From Octopus vulgaris (Eukaryota): a stretch of 64,000 nucleotides of DNA. The stretch covers positions 164,300,001 to 164,364,000 of the forward strand of contig OX597815.1 of the NCBI GenBank assembly GCA_951406725.2, read 5' to 3'. Of this stretch, positions 27,166 through 41,398 are shown in pieces. The notes below the pieces were generated by a model. The model saw nothing but the letters and a program-made list of their open reading frames with translations. It had not been told where the DNA came from and did no database searches. Numbering within the stretch: the first letter of the stretch is position 1; each line of letters begins with the position of its first letter. The position numbers and the translations under genes were made by a program.

Positions 27166-27570
27166 GGCGCATGAGTGGCTGTGTAGTAAGTAGCTTGCTT
27201 ACAAGCCACATGGTTCTGGGTTCAGTCCCACTGCGTGGCACCTTGGGCAAGTGTCTTCTACTATAGCCTCGGGCCGACCAAAGCCTTGTGAGTGGATTTT
27301 GTAGATGAACACTGAAAGAAGCCCGTCGTATATATGTATATATACGTATATGTGTGTGTGTGTGTTTGTGTGTCTGTGTTTATCTCCCCAACATCACTTG
27401 ACAATCGATTCTGGTGTGTTTACGTCCCCGTAACTTAGCAGTTCGGCAAAAGAGACCGATAGAATAAGTATTAGGCTTACAAAGAATAAGTCCTGGGGGT
27501 CGATTTGATCGACTAAAGGCGGTGCTCCAGCATGGCCGCAGTCAAATGACTGAAACAAGTAAAAGAGTAA
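27166..27570 (+). mobile_element. SINE family A copy
   Basis: Full head-microsatellite-tail structure. Confidence 0.9.
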
Positions 27571-28430
27571 ATGGCCAACAGGTTTACAATTATAGGCAGA
27601 GGAGGAAACTATGAGTTAGATCCATCTCTACCAGAAGACAGATATTACAAGTAAACTTTTTAGCGTCATGCATTTTTCTGCCTGCAATTGACGCCGGTAA
27701 CTCATATATTAGATAGAACTGATCTCAGAGTAACAATGCTAAAATAAGACAATGAACCATATTTTATGTATATGAATGATCTTAAGTGTATTCTGCAGCA
27801 ACTAAATCTTAAGTGAATTCATAAACAACTAGAAATATTACAACAGACAGAATGCGGATTTACTAAAGAAATTATATGAGATTCAGTTTAGAAAATTCAA
27901 CAAGGCTGCCTTGAAGATAGGAAAATTAATTAAGAACAGTAACATCCTGCTAGATATATAAACTAAAATAAGAGAATTAGACCAAACACAAACAACAAAT
28001 ACTTAGGAATCAATAAATTAAACAGTGAACAACAAACTCAAATAAAGATGGCGAAAGAATATCATTGATGAATTAAATTAATGGTTAAACCGTAGCTAAA
28101 TGGAAACAATAAGTAATATGCATTAACCCTCTAGCCGTTCTAGTTATAAGTTAGTTATAATATTCTTAGTTGGATGGTAAATAAACTGGCAGAGCTAGAT
28201 AGGAAAGCAATATAATGACATTTTTGAGAGCATACCTCTAAAATTCTAACATAGAATTATTGTATTTACCACGAAAACAGAGTCATGGGGACGCTATGCA
28301 AGCCATTTACATACAAAAAGTATGGATCGACTCATGGTTATTCAAAATGAAATTTTCCCAAGCCTAATATTGAAACAAAACCTGAGGCCACGAGATTGCA
28401 AAGCGAAATATTTCACAAGTCGGAGACATG

Positions 28431-28462
<32 letters not shown>

Positions 28463-28502
28463 TGTATGTATGTATGTATGTATGTACGTACATATGTATG
28501 TG

Positions 28503-28570
<68 letters not shown>

Positions 28571-28615
28571 TCGTTTGCAAAAATATCATAAATCCGAAAG
28601 GAGAAGCACACTCAA

Positions 28616-29095
<480 letters not shown>

Positions 29096-29939
29096 TATAT
29101 AATTAAAAAAAAATTTTAAAGCCAAAATAACACAACTTATGGAAGATTAATAATACAGGTCGACGGTTAGCACTAAATTACCATGTCATTTCAATATTTA
29201 CTTCTTCCGAAAATTTACAATGGAAAGGTGTTGATAGCTGATGTCTCTATTCTGTAGTGTGTGTACACACACTACAGAGCAGGAGGATTGGGGGAGGATC
29301 ATAGACATGTGCTGAGAAAAATTCTTTGGGATTTGAATAAATGTAACAAAAGCAAAGTTTGAAGGAAATATCAACCATTTTTCACACTTTCTAGTGGTGA
29401 GCAAATAGAAGATAATGATTGCTACTCAAGAACAAAACTCGTGTTACACAGGGTTATAACACCACTCGTTCTGGATTGATTTGGGGTTAAACTGCAGATT
29501 TGATGTTAAACTACAAGAGCAAGACAACATAACATCATGATTATTTACTACTGTAGCTTTCATTTAATTTGCAGAAACACAAATAATTTCGCAGCGAAAA
29601 TGAAGTCACTGATATTAATAATCCTACAGATACGGCTCATTTACTTATCGATAAGTGTATCTTTCTTAATCGTCTCAGCGTTGCATTAAACATGGACCAC
29701 TGATCCGACATAGACTAATCCACTAATTTCTTGAGATGAATCTTAGTTTGTAAACTCTAAGATCTGAATATTAAAATAAACCAAACGAATCCGTACAATC
29801 CACAGTGCGAATTACATTATTAACCCGAGCGAATTCTAACGAGGTCGATTGATCTGCTAGAAATATCTTCCAAATCTACTTTAATTCACACAAAATCGTC
29901 TAAGCGAGTAAGATGTTGTATGATGTAATCTTCTTTAAC

Positions 29940-30520
29940 TTTTACCAGATTCGATCATTGCTGGGGTAGTACCTTCAAGGAATTAGTCGAACAAATTGGC
30001 CCTAGTGTTTATTTTTCAGGCCTAGTACTGCCTAGTACTTTCTCTGCCAGTCTCTTTTGCCAAACTGCAATGCTTTACAGGGATGTATACAAACCAACAC
30101 CGCTTGCCAAGCGTTTGTGGGGAACAAACACAACGCAAATACAAAGACACACACACAAACACACACATCACATACACACATACATCTTACGTTTTTCAAT
30201 TTTATACTTGTTTCAGTCATTAGTCTGTGACTACCGTGGCGCCACCTTGAAGAGTTTTTAGTCGAATGAGTACACCCCAGTACTTGTTTTTTATGATCCT
30301 GGTACTTAGCTGAATTGCTACGTTAATTGCTAACACAGACAGAAAGACACACACACAGATATATACGACAGAATTCTTTCAGCTTCGAAATCCACTTACA
30401 AGACTTTGGTCGGCCCTGGGCTATATTAGAAGATGCTTCATTAAGGTGTTACGCAATGGGATTGAAGCCAGAAACATTTAGTTAAGAAGCAAACTTCTTA
30501 CCACATAGCACGCCGGCGCC
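29940..30520 (-). mobile_element. Two old, diverged SINE family A-related copies
   Basis: Degenerate CTTGTTTCAGTCAT tail and CTTACCACATAGC...GCGCCTAT head. Confidence 0.6.
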
Positions 30521-31673
30521 TATACACACCGAGGTTAGCCTCTACGGATGTGTGAATGTACATCTTAGCACACATACACACTTTATAAGTCCGGGTGTAT
30601 ACAGGCAGATAATATGAACATACACATGTACATATATATACATATATACATGCACATCTACCGCCTCTTCCTACTTCCCCCAATCACACTACCGTTTTTT
30701 TGTCCACCACGCGGTCGATTTTCTGCTCACCATACGCTATTTTCCAAGTAATTGTTGTCGCTGAAATACAAACATCAAACTGCTATACCGCGTGGCCTTT
30801 CTCGACCAATCGCAAGCTAACGTTCAGTAGTAAACATTGACTCTCTTCAATCGAACTTTCATTCAAACCCAGTGGCCGAAGACTAGCCACTCACTTGAAA
30901 CTCAGAGTACAAAGGAATCTGAATCAAAATAGTTTTGATTTATATATGTAACTCCCAACAAATGTGTTGAGTGCCTGTCTTTCGTTTGTCTACTCACTCG
31001 AATATATATATATATATACATGCATACATACATACATACATACATATATACATTTACACACATATATATGCATGTATGTATATATGTATGCATGTATGTA
31101 TGTATGTATGTATGTATATTTGTTTGTAATTTTCCCAACACGTTAACATAGTGGGTTTCGAACTTGGAACCACATGATCGCGCAATGAGCTTTAAATCAA
31201 TCGGCTCAGACTTGGGCGGATTAAGCAATAACAATAATGTCTTAAAAGATACAGTCCTACGTGACCCATTGGCCTACTACAGATACCAGCCAAATCTCCT
31301 TCCGTTCACACATTACAGTCTTAGAAAACTAGAAAGGATGTTGGACTATGTAGTCCTAGGTGTACAAACAAGACGGAACAGTCACGGTTGGAACACCCTT
31401 TACCATAGATGTATGTGAATACGTCTACTGTTGCAAATAAGTACACATTAGATAATTTATTCCAAGATATACTATGTCTGAATGCGATCTGAAACAAAAA
31501 TTACAGTCAGTTCAGTTTATGTATAAAGCATTAATCAAGCTGTCTGGCAAAGCCGAACATCAGCAAAAAACATTGAAGTCACGCGCAAACTTTTATTTTT
31601 AAAAATAGATGCATGCACACACATACACACACACGCACACACACATACATACATACATACATACATACATACA

Positions 31674-31705
<32 letters not shown>

Positions 31706-31811
31706 AGGACATTTTGTGTGACAAAATATTATAGCTACATATATATATAAATATATTTATATATATATATAGCGAGAGAGAGAGAGAGAGAGAGGGAGAG
31801 AAAGGAAGACA

Positions 31812-31856
<45 letters not shown>

Positions 31857-32271
31857 GAAAGAAGGAAAGAAGGAAGGAAGAAACAAACAAACAAACAAAC
31901 AAAAAGAAAGGAAGGAAGGAAAGAAAGAAAGAAAGAAAGAAAGGAAGAAAGAAAAAAGAAAGGAAGAAAAAGAAAGGAAGAAAGAAAGAAAAAAAGAAAG
32001 AAGGAAGGAAGGAAGAAAAAAAGAAAGAAAGAGGTTAGAGACAGGTAATCTCTGCATAGAATACACTTCGTAGTGCTCAAGAGATTTAAACTTGAGCAGG
32101 TAGAGGAGTAAATCGAAGGACAGGTAAGTTAGACAAGTCGGTATACAAAAAATATTAAATACATTTAATATTAGAAAAAGAACATATATTCACATATAAA
32201 AAAAAGCCTGACTTACACAGAATAGAAATGATATATAGAAATGATAAAGAGGTTGAATAAGAGTTTTACGA

Positions 32272-32365
32272 GTCCAACAGCTGTTTCTGAGGGTTTGATG
32301 GTCGAAAATAATGACTGTAAATGGATTCCGTCATCGGATAATACTAGCTTCCCTCTTCAGGGAAG
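32272..32365 (-). ncRNA. Hammerhead-ribozyme-like motif with long helix II insert (PLE terminal-repeat relic)
   Basis: Minus strand: UUCC CUGAAGA GGG...CCCUCA GAAA CAGCUG UU GGA; palindromic helix III ACAGCUGU; helix I is weak. Confidence 0.5.
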
Positions 32366-32367
32366 AA

Positions 32368-32511
32368 TTTTACATTTGAGGTGTTGACAGACTGGAGTTT
32401 AAAGATGAAATGATTTTGTGGAGAATTAAATGTATTCCTCCTAATACACTTGGTTCTCCACAAAATCATTCTATCTTTAAACTCCATTCTATCAACACCT
32501 CAAATATAAAA
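32368..32511. repeat. Foldback inverted repeat, ~65-bp arms
   Basis: ATTTGAGGTGTTGA...TTTAAAGAT...AATGATTTTGTGGAGAA versus TTCTCCACAAAATCATT...ATCTTTAAA...TCAACACCTCAAAT. Confidence 0.85.
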
Positions 32512-32780
32512 CAACAACAACAACAATAACAACAACAACAACAACATCGAAAAATACCTTAGGAATGAGAAGGCTGGAGGGTATATCAGCTGAAACGTTG
32601 TTAACAACAACCAAGCTGAGGACAAATATCCGTCAAATGTAAATAATGTAAATAATGAAATAATGTACATAATTCCTCATCTCTTAAATATAAAACTGTA
32701 TAAAGATATACATTATTTACATTCTTTGTCCTCATCTTGTTTGTTGTTAACACAACGTTTCGGCTGATATACCCTCCAGG
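32512..32780 (+). mobile_element. Second locus of the hammerhead-tailed element (see 50443-50894): deleted plus-strand copy and inverted partial copy
   Basis: (AAC)n ATCGAAAAATACCTTAGGAATGAGAAGGCTGGAGGGTATATCAGCTGAAACGTTG...; inverted copy CACAACGTTTCGGCTGATATACCCTCCAG ending at ~32779. Confidence 0.85.
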
Positions 32781-32784
32781 CCGT

Positions 32785-34035
32785 ATTGTGGGTCATTCTG
32801 AAAATAGGTATAGCGTAAAATCGCAGAAAACCTTGGGATCCCGCTTTCTACAATTAATAGAGTGATTATGCATTCCACATCACCTCGCCCAGATCAACCA
32901 GGGCACTCTGACAGGACCCTTCTCTTTGTTAAGAGAAGTGTGGAGAATAATCCCCGTTGCAAGGCCTCTGACATAGCAGATTAAGTTGATGTCAGTCCAA
33001 GAACAGCTGTCAGTTATCTCCACAAACTTAGTTACTATGATAGAGCAGCAAGAAAGAAGCCACTTCTTCGACCAGCCAACATCAAGCGGAGAAATGACTG
33101 GGTCAGTGAGATGGTGGAGACACTGTCATATTCTCTGATGAGTCCAGATTTGCTGTATTTCCTGACAGCAGTCGAGGGTGGGTCTGGAGACTCTGTGATC
33201 AAGAATTTGATGTGAAAAGAGTGCAGCCAACAATAAAGCACGGCAGCTATTCTGTGATGGTCCGAGGAGCAATTTGGAGCAATGTTTGAGCAAGAAAAAC
33301 ATAATTGTGCGGGAAAAACATAACTCAGATAAATATTGCAGAAAAGACTCTTTCCCACCTTCTTCAGTAGTGAAATTATTAAAGAAGACTTTATTTATGG
33401 AAGATGGGGCTCTTTGTCACACGGCTAAAATAACCCAAGATTTGTTAGATGAGAATGGCATTAAAAAGCTTCTATGGCTAAGCCAGTTACCAGATATGAA
33501 CCCTATTGGACACCTTTAGGACATAATGAACAGGACACTTCATAAAAAGGACAAGAAAGCATCTTCAAAGCCAGATCTTTTGAGATTACTGCATGAAACT
33601 TGACAAGAAATTCCCCAAGAGAATATTCGTCATCTGATCAGTAACATGCCAAATAGGATCCTTGCATGGAAAAATGCAATGGGCATGTCTACTAAATAAG
33701 GAACGCGGTGTAAATAACAGACAGAGTCAAGACTGTTGAAAAGGTTGCAAGACGCAACGAAAATTTTAGGAAAATAAAAATAAGAAATAAGTGGGAATTT
33801 TACCGGTGAGTGTGTTACATTATAAGGCACAAAAAGAAAATGACTCTCCCCAGACACAACTGAATATGCTTCAACACACGAACTCATATAAAGAATCTTG
33901 CAAACCAAATCCAAAAATACTAAATATTAGATATTCACATTATAACAACTTATAAATAATTTTAATGCATAATTTCAGATTTAAATAATCTTAATGATTA
34001 TAAAGGTGTCTATTTACTTCTGCCATGTCTGTGTA
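32785..34035 (+). mobile_element. Decayed Tc1-family transposon
   Basis: ARKKPLL, VIFSDESRF, PTIKHG..SVMV.GAI, FMEDGALCH and WLSQLPDMNPI motifs across frameshifts; interrupted by a repeat at 33705-33915. Confidence 0.85.
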
Positions 34036-34509
34036 AATAGTGGGCGACTTCATCTCTCACTAACAATAAAATGCAATTTATACGGATTACCGTTTGAATG
34101 GGCAATTTTGTTAGCTGGGTTCTATTTATACAAAGTGCTTAAAGAGGTATTTGCCTGAATTTATTTAATTCCTATTTCCCTTTGTGTGTGTTTGTGTGTG
34201 TGTGTGTGTGTGCGCGTGTGTGTGCGTGCGTGTGCGTGTGCGTGTGCGCGCGCGCGTGTGTGTGTGTTTTGATCGCTACCAAAATGGACAAGCCATACTA
34301 GATGAACTAAATCGAGGCTTACTCCTGGACATGAAACTAATAACCGTGCGCTTGGTTCTGGAATTATATTTATGAATATAAACCTACAGTTTGTATGTAT
34401 ATAAATATCTATTTATATATGCAGCCACATGTATAGGGACATTCAGATAGACAGACAGGTAGGCAGGCAGGCAGGCAGGCGGACGGACGGACGGACAGAC
34501 AGACAGACT

Positions 34510-34649
<140 letters not shown>

Positions 34650-35054
34650 GATAAGTTTCTTTATTGGCCACATAGGGCTGCACACAGATAGGACAAGTTA
34701 CAAGGTAGAGCTTTTCTTTTGGGGGATGAAAAAAACAAAAAACAAAAGAAACAAAAGATATGTTTCTTTATTAGCCACACAGGGCTGCACACAGATAGAA
34801 CAAATTACAAGGTAGAGCTTTTCTTTTGGGGGTAAAAAAAAAGGGGGTAGGTGGTTTTCGATCAAAAGGGATCGTAAAAGGAAAGAAAGAGGACAAAATA
34901 GGGGGGGGTTAAAAAAAGGGGGAGAGGAAAAAAATTGATCAATAGGGATCGTTATCACAGAAATGTCAATATGAAGTGTAAAGGGGAGGACAGGTGAGGT
35001 TTACCCGTGGAAAGAAAAGCCTACGGAAAAGACCACGGTAACCTCGGTCAAACA
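34650..35054 (-). mobile_element. Putative 5'-truncated LINE 3'UTR with duplicated terminus, embedded in (GATA)n
   Basis: GTTTCTTTATT.GCCACA.AGGGCTGCACACAGATAG.ACAA.TTACAAGGTAGAGCTTTTCTTTTGGGGG occurs twice (~34655, ~34762); (GATA)n on both sides; the terminus resembles the SINE B tail. Confidence 0.6.
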
Positions 35055-35085
35055 ATAGATAGATAGAACAATAGATAGATAGAAC

Positions 35086-35178
<93 letters not shown>

Positions 35179-36044
35179 TAGGTAGCTAACCATCTGTCAG
35201 CTACTCTCTTTCTGAATTATATCATAAGTACGATGTGTGAACGTATGTGCATGTTTGTGTGTGAGTATGTGTATGTGTGTGTGCGTATGTGTGTGTATGA
35301 GTATGTGTGTGCGTCTGTGGTGTGTGTATTATATCATATCTACAATAACATAAAAGAGAGTGATAATTAGACAAATGTGTAGCTGCCTAGGTAGATAAAA
35401 GACAGACAGATAGGTAGACAGATGACGTTAGTGCTTATGTGATGTTCGTTCATTAATATCGAAAATTGATCGATATGACGACATGAAATATTGGATATGT
35501 TGTTACATTAAACATTGATTACTGAGCAAACTTATTGCTAATGCAATCTACTTTCGATGATATTAGAAAATCTGTTGATAATGTGATATAAGTACTTTGG
35601 AATTACGATTAAAGTACATTTATATTACTGTGAAAGTATATTGATATATGTGCACTATAAATTGATCCTGAATAACATAAATATTTTATATGTAATAAAA
35701 TTATAGATTGATACATCTTCTTTAAGTTTAGGGCAGCAAGTACTCCATCTGTTATTGTGTATAAATCAAGTAGCCGGAGTTGTAGTGAATGATGTACGTA
35801 AAAAGTTATTAATGAACTGAAATTTGCCTCTTAGTTTGATAAAGAAAACACAGCCTAGCGGCCCCCGTTAGTGACTTGCTTAGACAAGGAGATATCATAA
35901 GAATTGATGAAATAATCTTGTCGCTTGAAGAAAATTCTGCTCATTTTAGCGGGTAACTATGTGTTTCGGTTTTAAAACGAATTTTTGTTAATGCAGCTTG
36001 GTTAACATGAACCCTCTTGGTTAGTAGGCGCAAAATTTTATGTT

Positions 36045-36625
36045 TTTTAATAGGCTCCAAAATAAATCGAGATGGTAACTGCACTCCAGAAATAAGGCGA
36101 CGGGTAGTACTAGGCAGAGAGGCAATGGTCAGCATGAGCAAGGTCTGGAAGAGTAGAGACATCAGCCTCGCTACCAAATGCAGATTGGTGAATGCAATCG
36201 TCTTCCCAATAGCAACATATGGATGCGAGACCTGGACACTAAAGCTGACCAGAAGAGAATTAATGCATTCGAGCTTTGGTGTTGGAGAAGACTTTTATGG
36301 ATTCCATGGATAGCGATGCTCACCAATGGAGAAATTCTTAACCAGATCAAGCCGAAACTGTCGCTAGAAGCTAGGATCACGAAGCATAGAGTGGCATATT
36401 TTAGTCATATTATGCGGAGAAAATCCCTGGAGAAAGACATCATGCTCGGAATGGCCAGTGGCAAGAGAGGAAGAGGCCGACCAAGAACCCGCTGGCTTGA
36501 CACCATCAAGAGTGATATGGGAATGGCCATAGCCAATCTGAAAGAAGTGACCCAGGATAGAACTGGCTAGAGAACACTGATCCATCGAGAAATCGAGAGT
36601 TGACCTCGACTGAACGATGGATAGG
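36045..36625 (+). mobile_element. 5'-truncated RTE (BovB-like) LINE
   Basis: EIRRR...ISLATKCRLVNAIVFPIATYGCETWTL / INAFELWCWRRLL...HIMRR...GKRGRGRPRTRWLD with one frameshift. Confidence 0.9.
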
Positions 36626-37323
36626 AATAGGTTTATGGAAATATTTCAATGAATAGTCACAATGAGACTGAAACGTATCGGCAGCTTTCATTGTCTCTGC
36701 TAACGACAATGAGATTTTTTTCTTAAACATAAGAATTACAGCTTTCTAAAGATAAATTTTAAATTTCTTGGAATTATTTCCTAGTTACATTGTCATTTCA
36801 AAAATTATTACCGCCTACGTTTCTGTTCTATTTCTCCAACTAAGATGCAAATATATTTTCTCTAAGAATTTTTTATATTCGTCATTTGCTATATCTGTTC
36901 TATTTATCATATTCTATGCCATAACTCAAGTAAATGCTATTTTCCGTAGCTCAGTTTTGTTCTATATTATGCAAGTTATTGCTGACTATGAGCGAGTTCG
37001 TGATGACTAAGGTTAACTGACCAGGTCAGTAAGCCCAGAATATATTCTTTGCTATCACCGTCCAGATAAATTGTGCGAACATAAACTCACGAGATCTGTT
37101 GTCGAATAGTGAGAAACAAATGCAATGATGTGAGCACGAGGCAAGAAGCTGGGCTATTGTTTACTTTTCCAACATAGAGGCAAACTTCAACCCATTAATA
37201 ATTTTTTAATGTCATTAAGTACATGAACATGTACTTGATATATTTTAATGCGAGCATTTGACTTAAACAAGTTCCTTTCCCTAAGCTAGTTTTGTTACAC
37301 ATACCTACGTATACATACATATA

Positions 37324-37583
37324 TACAAGATGTTCGGGCAAAATTTGATAGTTCGCATAAAGGTAAAAGGAAACAATATTATAGTATTAGATTATAGTAT
37401 TTTTTTTTTAACATCAATAAATATCAAATAGATTATGGCAGGGAGATAAGAGTTTACTCAAAGAAGCCGCTCTCAGTTTCCCCTACGACCTCAAGACGGT
37501 TCCGGAACCTGACGCATGCGTTCTTCATTGTGTCCTTGGGAAAATCTTCGAAAACCTCCTTCATCTTGACTACTAACTCGGCT
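37324..37583 (-). mobile_element. Tc1/mariner-superfamily 3' fragment
   Basis: Minus strand encodes ELVVKMKEVFEDFPKDTMKNACVRFRNRLEVVGETESGFFE*, a typical transposase C-terminus. Confidence 0.7.
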
Positions 37584-37944
37584 TATACACACACACACAC
37601 ACACACACACACGACGGGCTTTTACACTGTTTCCGTGTACGAAATTCACTGACAAGGCATTGGTCGGCTCGCGGCTATAGTAGAAGACATTTGCCCAAGG
37701 TGCCGCACAGTGGAACTGAACCCGAAACCACGTACTTACAAAGTGAGTTCCTTAACTACACAGCCGTGCTATAAATGATATCGTTTCATTACCTTAATAT
37801 CCTAAGCCCTAACTTTCCTTTGCCTAACTGGACATGAGTTAGATACGAAACCATGCTGACACGCAGACCATTGACGATCACTATCAAGTGATTTAGGTCA
37901 CATAAGGCAAGATCATTGATATTGTAATAGAATTCCATACTATA

Positions 37945-38166
37945 TACTCTCTTTTTACTCTTTTACTTGTTTCAGTCATTTGACTGTGGCCCTACTGGAG
38001 CACCGTCTTTAGACCCCCAGGACTTATTCTTTGTAAGCCTAGTACTTATTCTATCGGTCTCTTTTGCCGAACCGCTAAGTTACGGAGACGTAAACACACC
38101 AGCATCGGTTGTCAAGCGATTTGGGGGGACAAACACAGACACACAAACACAGACACACAAACATAT

Positions 38167-38231
<65 letters not shown>

Positions 38232-38400
38232 TATATACGACGGGCTTCTTTCAGTTTCCGTCTGCCAAATCCACTCACAAGGTTTCGGTCGGCCCGAGGC
38301 TATAGTAGAAGACACTTGCCCAAGGTGCCATGCACTGGGACTGAACCCGGAACCATGTGGTTCGTAAGCAAGATACTTGCCACACAGCCACTCCTATGCC
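37945..38400 (-). mobile_element. SINE family A copy (partial copy also at 37585-37750)
   Basis: Reverse complement of family A. Confidence 0.9.
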
Positions 38401-38469
38401 TATATACTGCATATATCATATTAATTTTTTTGATATTACATTTTGTAAATATATGCTTAAGGAGCTTTT

Positions 38470-38855
38470 CAGTGACCATGCTTGAGGCAGAGTCAATGAA
38501 CTTGAAAAGAGACTTGAAAAGAACTCGACGGTAATACTGCGAGAATGTTTCATGTATATCTATACAGCAGCGACTGTGTGGAAGTCTTCCTGTCATTACC
38601 TCGGTAACCAGAATGATAATAACACAATATGCAGGACACTGCAGCAGAAACAAGGATGAAATATCCAGCGATCTCCTTCTCTGGAAATCCACGCATACAC
38701 ATATTGGTGCCGGTAGACTGACAAGGGCACCTATGAATTAACTTGTGGAAGACACCGGATATCAAATCGAAAATATGAAAATTACTATGGAAGATCGAGA
38801 CATTTAGCGTGGAAAAGTTGCATTGCTCTGGACAAGTTGAGGATAGATGGATGGA
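38470..38855 (+). mobile_element. Decayed RTE-like LINE 3' fragment
   Basis: QYAGHCSRNKDEISSDLLLWKSTH...GR...LVEDTG...MEDRD followed by a (GATG)n tail. Confidence 0.65.
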
Positions 38856-39516
38856 TTGACTTTTAAAAGTTCTATTTGGCAGATTATTTGATAGCAGTTT
38901 CGTAATTTGCTGTACAAATGCATATTTCCGTAGCTTTTTCTCTCAGGAGTCTGTTCCTTACAATTCCAATGTCAGTATAGGTATTTAGCCTCCTCCTCCA
39001 GTAAAATGTTATTCCTGCAAGAGCGCACCTAAGTTCAAAATCGTTCTAAATATGACTATTCTGTCATTTTTTTTTTTTTAAACACATTGCATCTCGAACA
39101 TCATTACCTGGTATACCCTCGCCTCGTTGCCTTTATTATGTTGTTCTTTAACCAAAAAAGAACCCTGAACAAACAGGCCAGAACTCTGATCGAAATCTTG
39201 CCGGCCGTGATCATCTTGTCAAGCAAAACATTGTCCAATTTTCTTACTTAACTCGAGCTCAACTTTGGGCAAATGTACGATTAAAAGAATTACAATTATG
39301 AGCATCCAATCTTCTCCACTAAGGATTATATTATGCAGTGTCTGCTTCTTTTTCAAGATTGTAGGGTGTGATCTGAGGCAGTCAATTACGCTTATATTTC
39401 TAACGGGTTATTGGATATACATATTTCATGTTTAGATGCATATAATATTTTCTGTAATTTTATATGGTTTTATATATCTTTAAACGCTGTAAAATCTATT
39501 TAATTATATACATTTG

Positions 39517-39570
<54 letters not shown>

Positions 39571-39600
39571 CGTGTGTGTGCGTGTGTATGTGTGTGTATA

Positions 39601-39660
<60 letters not shown>

Positions 39661-39746
39661 CATATATAAGCTGTATTGTTCGATGGAGTAAGTGCCATGT
39701 GTATGTGTGCCTGTACAAGTGCTTAGACATTGTTTCTGTGAAGCTG

Positions 39747-39777
<31 letters not shown>

Positions 39778-39969
39778 TGTATGTATGTATGTATGTATGT
39801 ATGTATGTATGTATGTATGTATGAATAAATGAAGGAAGGAATGTATACGTATATGCACATGTATGTGCGTGTTCATAGATTGTAAATCAATTGACTTAGC
39901 TTATTAAGATGATGACATCAGTAACACATATTACAAATTGACGTAGCTTTTAAGCAATTCGTTATTATT

Positions 39970-40064
39970 TTTGTGTTCTTCAAATTATTATTATTATCAT
40001 CATCATCATCATTATTAAAATAAAGAAATCATCATCACCATCGTCATCATCATCATCATCATCA

Positions 40065-40098
<34 letters not shown>

Positions 40099-40115
40099 CA
40101 TCATCATCATCATCA

Positions 40116-40188
<73 letters not shown>

Positions 40189-40190
40189 CA
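39970..40190. repeat. (ATT)n/(ATC)n compound microsatellite
   Basis: Directly visible. Confidence 0.95.
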
Positions 40191-40304
40191 AACATGTTTA
40201 TGTTAAATTAAATCATATTATAAATATTCATTTTCATTGTTATAATCATGTATTTGTTTCCCCTTTCTATTTATGTCCCTCTAATATAAGTTGTATGTTT
40301 TACG

Positions 40305-40435
<131 letters not shown>

Positions 40436-40749
40436 TGTATGTATAAAAAATTTATGTACACATATATATGTACATGTATACATATAACTTGTATGTATAT
40501 GTATGTATGTGTGTATACTTGTATATGTATATAAAACTCTCTTCAAACACTATATGACAATAAAAACTGTGTAATCATCATTATCATCATGGTTGTCATT
40601 AACAGCATCAGTAGTAGCACATCGTCATATTAATATTTATTAGGCTCCTTTCATCTCATCATTCATAACTATTATTGCTGTTGTTTTGTTGCTGTTTATT
40701 TTATTTTATTTTATTTTATTTTATTTTATTTTATTCGGGTTTGTATACA

Positions 40750-41130
40750 CAGTGTATGTATTGACATCTGTAGAATGAAAACAAGCTTTCTTTTCCTGAG
40801 GTCTGAAAACTTCAGACAGAAAATACATTCTTTTGTATATTAGCAGTTCCAAGTAATGTTGATTTTTGTCTGTTTGAGGTCGTACATAAAATTTCATTTC
40901 TGATTTTTTTTTTTTTTTCCTTTTTTATTTTTAATTTCAGAAAATCAGCCTAATGCTCCGACTATCAATGGATTTTACACTTGTACTCACTTCTCCCAGC
41001 AATCACGGCAGTTCGAAATCAATTTCTGAATATTTATGAAATAATTTCTCCAATACTCAAGTTTTGAAAGATGTAACCATGTAATTATAAGTATTTCTGG
41101 CTTATTTCTTGATCGACAATAAATAGTAGT
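40750..41130 (-). mobile_element. Relic C-terminus of a restriction-like-endonuclease LINE
   Basis: Minus strand PLIVGALG...QKSTLLGTANI. Confidence 0.55.
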
Positions 41131-41164
41131 CTCAATCCGTCACCCGGTTTAAAATCAACAATAC

Positions 41165-41398
41165 TTATTTCTTTACTACCCACAAGGGGCTAAACACAGA
41201 TGGGACAAACAAGAACAGACAAACGGATTAAGTCGATTACATCGACCCCTGTGCGTAACCGGTACTTATTTAATCGACCCCGAAAGGATGAAAGGCAAAG
41301 TCGACCTCGGTGGAATTTGAACTCAGAACGTAGCGGCAGACGAAATACTGCTAAGCATTTCGCCCGGCGTGCTAACGATTCTGCCAGCCCGCCGCCTT
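41165..41398 (-). mobile_element. SINE family B full copy with 16-bp TSD
   Basis: TTAAAATCAACAATAC at 41149-41164 and 41403-41418. Confidence 0.92.

Larger units (their letters stand above)
24360..28300 (+). mobile_element. Highly decayed R4/Dong-like LINE interrupted by a mariner, a SINE and other inserts
   Basis: Relic RT motifs in order: ITC.P..YK-like (~26135), INKAIIEN and DYK.AF-like (~27015-27110), Y.NDLK (~27770), KYLGI (~27997). The 5' extent is uncertain. Confidence 0.5.
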
